This document shows, in pieces, positions 24,986 through 28,914 of a DNA stretch of 28,914 nucleotides (position 1 is its first letter; every line of letters begins with the position of its first letter). Position numbers and translations under genes: made by a program. Under the pieces are notes generated by a model, which worked only from the letters and a program-made list of their open reading frames with translations, had not been told where the DNA came from and searched no databases. Origin of the DNA: Bryobacterales bacterium. GTDB lineage: Bacteria; Acidobacteriota; Terriglobia; Bryobacterales; Bryobacteraceae. The stretch covers positions 1 to 28,914 of the forward strand of contig JAUZEU010000476.1 in the NCBI GenBank assembly GCA_030838885.1. Direction: 5' to 3'.

Positions 24986-25764
24986 CAGGCACACCGGTTC
25001 TTGTGGTCGTTTTCATTCTCGTGATCTACCTGCTTTCCTCGATCAAGATTCTGGCTGAATACGAACGAGGCGTGATCTTCCGCCTTGGCCGGCTTCTCCC
25101 GCAGGCGAAAGGGCCGGGCGTCATTCTGGTGTTTGCTCCGCTCGACCGGATGGTCCGGATCTCGCTGAGAATCGATACCATCGAAGTGCCTGCCCAGGAC
25201 GTGATCACGCGAGACAATGTCACCGTCAAGGTTAACGCGGTGATTTACTTTCGTGTGGTTGAGCCACGGCTGGCTGTCATCGAAGTCTCGAATTTCCTGT
25301 ACGCAACCTCCCAACTGGCGCAGACGACTCTTCGCAGCGTTCTGGGCGAAGTCGAACTCGACGACCTCCTGAGCAAACGGGACGAGTTGAACGTGCGGCT
25401 GCAGGCGATTCTCGATCAGCACACGTCGCCCTGGGGAGTGAAGGTGACGCTTGTCTCCGTCAAGCAGGTCGACATTCCGGAACAAATGATCCGGGCCATC
25501 GGAAGGCAGGCCGAAGCGGAGCGTGAGAGGCGCGCCAAGGTTATTCATGCCGAGGGAGAGTATATGGCCTCCGAGAAACTGGGCATGGCTGCTGAAGTCA
25601 TCCAGAGACAGCCGGTCGCGATCCAGCTCCGCTACCTGCAGACACTTGTGGAAATTGGACAGGAAAAGAATACAACAATCGTGTTCCCGCTCCCCATCGA
25701 TATACTGAGCTCACTCGAACGTTTTTTCGACAGCGGGCGGCGGGATGGCTCCGCTAAAGCTTAG
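24982..25764 (+). CDS. slipin/stomatin-like SPFH protein
   Basis: [68 protein letters not shown]; GTGA overlap with nfeD stop. Confidence 0.95.
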   Translation: MTGTPVLVVVFILVIYLLSSIKILAEYERGVIFRLGRLLPQAKGPGVILVFAPLDRMVRISLRIDTIEVPAQDVITRDNVTVKVNAVIYFRVVEPRLAVIEVSNFLYATSQLAQTTLRSVLGEVELDDLLSKRDELNVRLQAILDQHTSPWGVKVTLVSVKQVDIPEQMIRAIGRQAEAERERRAKVIHAEGEYMASEKLGMAAEVIQRQPVAIQLRYLQTLVEIGQEKNTTIVFPLPIDILSSLERFFDSGRRDGSAKA

Positions 25765-25970
25765 CCACGTCCCGGATGGAAAGCAGCCCCGGACACGTTC
25801 TCAGCCGTGGGAATTCACATGCGCTTACAACGGGATGCCCGGCAGAGCATCCGCGACGTGGCGCCGATGAGGATATTATCGACCCTTGGTTTACATCGCC
25901 GCGAGAGATTCGGCTCAGCAATAACAATTCTCACCAGCGTTCTCTCGCTTTGTGGCACCCTGAATTGGCA

Positions 25971-26231
25971 TCAGCGCAGGTTCCTGGCAGCGCGTGCACC
26001 GCCGTATGCTTCGCCCTCCCGCGGTGTAAGCCGCCGGTCAGGAGCCCGGAACTTGAAGGTGCAATCCAGGCAAAAATACTTTCGCTTTCCTGTCAGCAGC
26101 ATCAGAATTCGCTCGAGACCTGCTGCCTTTTTGATTTTAAGCCTTGTCGAATAACATCTTAAACACGTCCCGCCGGGGTTCGCCCTGAGACGGACGCCGC
26201 CAGGCGGGTTATCTTCTGTCCAGTCAGTCAT
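25971..26231 (-). CDS. small zinc-ribbon-like hypothetical protein
   Basis: CLRC...(~26 aa)...YFCLDC..F two-knuckle pattern, followed by DRRLTPR. Confidence 0.65.
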   Translation of the reverse strand: MTDWTEDNPPGGVRLRANPGGTCLRCYSTRLKIKKAAGLERILMLLTGKRKYFCLDCTFKFRAPDRRLTPREGEAYGGARAARNLR

Positions 26232-26372
26232 TTGCTTGATTGATTCACGCGGCGCATCACTCTCTTCCTTATCTCAAACGAATGCACCAGAGCTCAATCG
26301 AACTGTTCTGAAAGATGAGACAGCTAGTGCAAACCAGGCGGTCGGGCCGACCCTCCAGCACGGCTTATTAGC

Positions 26373-26386
26373 AAGTACTAGTACTT
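26373..26386. other. perfect 14-bp palindrome AAGTACTAGTACTT in an AT-rich intergenic patch
   Basis: Self-complementary by direct reading; function unknown. Confidence 0.5.
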
Positions 26387-26778
26387 ATAGTGGCACAAAT
26401 TGACTGCGAAAGAGGGGAGTTCATAAAAGCTCTTCTGGGTTTCCGCGCTGGCGCAGGCGAGACCAGTCCATTTATTACGAAAGTGATACATATTAGCTCG
26501 CCGGCTTCGGGGTGTCGCAGCGTCGAAACTCTTGGCGATCACGAATCGGGGGGCTTTGTCTGTACTGTGGCCGCAGGCGCCGCCCGGTAAGCAGGGGCAG
26601 GGGCTGCGGCCACCTCGGCTGCCTATCGTAGGTGGCCAGGCTCGGATGTTATGGAGCCTTCACTTATCGACCATCGCCTGGTCTGTACTGGGCTTATACT
26701 CCATAATGCGCTCGAAGAGCAGGCAATCCGTGATGTAGCCAAATCCTTGTAGCCGGCAGGGCATCGAAGTTCTGTTGG

Positions 26779-28275
26779 TCAGCCGCGTTTTGGCATCGCG
26801 CCCGGCGAACCTGAATTCGGATTCGTACCGGGTTGGGCCGGTACGCCAAGCCAGCCACCTCCTAAGGCCTTGATCAACACGACTGTCGCGACCATGCGCT
26901 GGCCTCCGATTTGGGTTGCAGTACGTTGATTCGTCAGGAGAGAGGTTTGCGCATACACGACATCGAGAAAGCTCACCAGGCCGCTCTTGTACCGGTTTAG
27001 CGCGATCGTTTCCGCCTGCCGGGCGTAGGTTACTGCATCAGCGGTCGATTGTGCCTCACCGTTGAGAATGCGCAGAGCAGCCAGTTGATCTTCTACCTCC
27101 TGATACGCGGTCAGCACTGTCTTTTGGTACTGTGCGAGAGACTGCCGGTACACTGCCCATGCCTGATCCACGCCCGATCGCACTCTTCCGCCAGTAAACA
27201 AAGGCGTCACAGCAGACGCGCCCAAAGACGCTATGGAGTTCTGCCAACTGAACAGACTCGTCATGTTGGTGGTTTCAAAGCCCGCCAGGCCCGTAAGCGA
27301 TATGTGGGGCAGTGCGGCCGTCTTAGCCACGCCGACCTGTGCGTTAGCGGCTGCTACGTAACGCTCCACTTCGGCGATATCGGGACGGCGCCCCAGAAGT
27401 TCAGCCGGAAGACCAGAAGGGATTGCAGGCGGCTGCCACCCGTCCTCACGACCTGGCAGCGGACTGGGCGGAATGGAGAACTCCGAAGCAGCCTTTCCTG
27501 TGAGTACTGCAATTGCGTGGTCGAGTTGCGACCGCTGGACGTCCAGCGCCTGCGCCTGTGACTGCGTTTGGCTCAACAGCGTCTGGGCCTGTTTCACTTC
27601 CAATTCGCTCGTCAGCCCACCTCGAAAACGATTGCTGGTTAAATCCACTGCTTGTTGCATTTCCTGCACGGTGGAGTCGAGTACCTTGCGTTCGGCATCG
27701 TTCTCACGTAAGGCGTAGTAGTCCATCGCTACGTTCGCCTCCACGGCGAGTCGCACAAACCGCACATCGGCTGCTGTCGCCTGTTCTGTTGCGTTGGCGG
27801 CTTCGATAGAATGGCGCACTCGTCCCCATGCATCTACCTCGTAGCTGAAGAACGCCGGCAGTTGGAAATCATTGAAGGTAGCGGCCAACCCGTTAGTGTT
27901 GCCATTGTTCGGTCGGGTTTGAGCTTCACGTGTCCGCGAAGCGCTCGCACCAAGACTAATGGTGGGGAAGAGGAAAGATCGCGCGTATCTCGCGCCTGCA
28001 TCGGCCTGATCTACGCGCGCTACCGCGAGCCGGATGTCCTGATTTGCTGCATCGGCCTCAGTTTCCAACCGGTCCAGTTGGGGATCGTGAAAGACCCGCC
28101 ACCAGTCGCTGTAAGCAATTTCAGGCGTACCGGAATCCGGCGTGCCGCCTTCCTTAAATTGCGTCGGAACCGGAGGCACCGGCTGGTGATATTTCGGGCC
28201 GACCGTACAGCCCGCGAGTGACACCAGAGTTATCGCCCCGGCTAAGCGCATAGACTCCATCTTGAAGTTCCGCAT
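26779..28275 (-). CDS. efflux transporter outer membrane subunit (NodT/OprM-type lipoprotein)
   Basis: Lipobox LAGC-TVGP.Y, WW..F.DPQL..L, SYEVDAWGRVR, PAELL.RRPDI..AE, ALLIKALGGGW-like terminus (VLIKALGGGW). Confidence 0.95.
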   Translation of the reverse strand: MRNFKMESMRLAGAITLVSLAGCTVGPKYHQPVPPVPTQFKEGGTPDSGTPEIAYSDWWRVFHDPQLDRLETEADAANQDIRLAVARVDQADAGARYARSFLFPTISLGASASRTREAQTRPNNGNTNGLAATFNDFQLPAFFSYEVDAWGRVRHSIEAANATEQATAADVRFVRLAVEANVAMDYYALRENDAERKVLDSTVQEMQQAVDLTSNRFRGGLTSELEVKQAQTLLSQTQSQAQALDVQRSQLDHAIAVLTGKAASEFSIPPSPLPGREDGWQPPAIPSGLPAELLGRRPDIAEVERYVAAANAQVGVAKTAALPHISLTGLAGFETTNMTSLFSWQNSIASLGASAVTPLFTGGRVRSGVDQAWAVYRQSLAQYQKTVLTAYQEVEDQLAALRILNGEAQSTADAVTYARQAETIALNRYKSGLVSFLDVVYAQTSLLTNQRTATQIGGQRMVATVVLIKALGGGWLGVPAQPGTNPNSGSPGAMPKRG

Positions 28276-28276
28276 A

Positions 28277-28914
28277 TCATTGCCCCTTGTTGTTTCCGCC
28301 GGACGCCGACTGCACCGCGACCTGCATTCCGTTCACCAGAGAGTCTGGCGGGTTGGCGATTACGGCGTCGTTCGGACGAACTCCGGTAATGACTTCAATC
28401 GTGTCTCCGAAATCATGCCCTAACGTGATTTTTCGAAGCTCGACTTGGTTTTGACTGTTCACCACACCCACTTGCGGACCGGCGGCCCGGAAAAGAACCG
28501 TGCTTGATGGCAGCACCAGAGGCACAACATTGAGCGGAAGCTGAAAGTGCACGTCAGCATATGCGCCAGGAAGCAGCACGCCGGACGGATTCGGAACGTC
28601 GAGTTCCACCGTCAACGTTCGGGAGTTTACATCAATTGCGTCCGCGGTTCGCGTGACCGAAGCGCCGAAGGGGCGGTTGGGGATTGCGGTCAGATCCATC
28701 GATGCTCTTGTGCCAACCCGGACTTGTTTGGTGAATTGTTCGGGTACCGTGACAAACACCCGCACGATATTATTCTGCGAAAGCCTGAAGAGCTCGCGAC
28801 CAATGCCGGCGTTGCCTGCGTTCACCAGATCCCCAATATCCACCTTTCGCTCTGTGATTACGCCATCAAATGGCGCCACGATTTTTTCGTACCCCTGCAT
28901 CTGTTCCAGTCTGT
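28277..28914 (-). CDS. RND efflux periplasmic adaptor (MFP), 5' truncated by window
   Basis: I.APFDGVIT.R.VD.GDLV, SRTL.VE.DVPN....LLPG.Y, G.D.G...EV..G; frame open to the window edge; stop 1 nt before the OMF ATG. Confidence 0.93.
   Translation of the reverse strand, partial: RLEQMQGYEKIVAPFDGVITERKVDIGDLVNAGNAGIGRELFRLSQNNIVRVFVTVPEQFTKQVRVGTRASMDLTAIPNRPFGASVTRTADAIDVNSRTLTVELDVPNPSGVLLPGAYADVHFQLPLNVVPLVLPSSTVLFRAAGPQVGVVNSQNQVELRKITLGHDFGDTIEVITGVRPNDAVIANPPDSLVNGMQVAVQSASGGNNKGQ

Noticed and set aside
23789-24994. 401-aa minus-strand ORF
   Set aside because: Antisense shadow of nfeD
26608-26637. GGCCACCT/AGGTGGCC hairpin as efflux operon terminator
   Set aside because: 14-nt loop, no U-tract, about 140 nt from the stop codon
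1-28914. CRISPR arrays, tRNA/rRNA, IS elements
   Set aside because: No regularly spaced repeats, cloverleaf motifs, transposase motifs or terminal inverted repeats were recognised by reading

Overview
GC-rich bacterial window; the gene families present point to Acidobacteriota, probably Bryobacterales (inference). It has two parts. (1) 1-16.6 kb is a putative sugar-responsive, redox-rich envelope locus: the 3' end of a sugar epimerase, a LacI regulator, a decayed chimeric CRTAC1/ASPIC gene, a 7-CxxCH cytochrome-TPR protein, a TonB-dependent receptor, a PSCyt/DUF1549/DUF1553 cytochrome (split by a 1-nt frameshift) with a DUF1501 partner, a PQQ dehydrogenase with a cytochrome c, and a tandem pair of FMN alpha-hydroxy-acid oxidase homologs. 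The first oxidase looks Tat-exported and keeps the HGGR motif; the second has lost the catalytic residues. Three similar LacI-type operators (consensus YGAAARCGMTTRCA) lie upstream of lacI and in both divergent promoter regions, suggesting a single regulon. (2) 16.6-28.9 kb holds c-di-GMP signalling genes (OB-fold-repeat GGDEF, single receiver, 3xPAS-GGDEF-EAL), two small Cys/His-motif proteins, an nfeD-slipin pair and the 3' part of an RND efflux operon. No tRNA, rRNA, CRISPR array or transposase was recognised.
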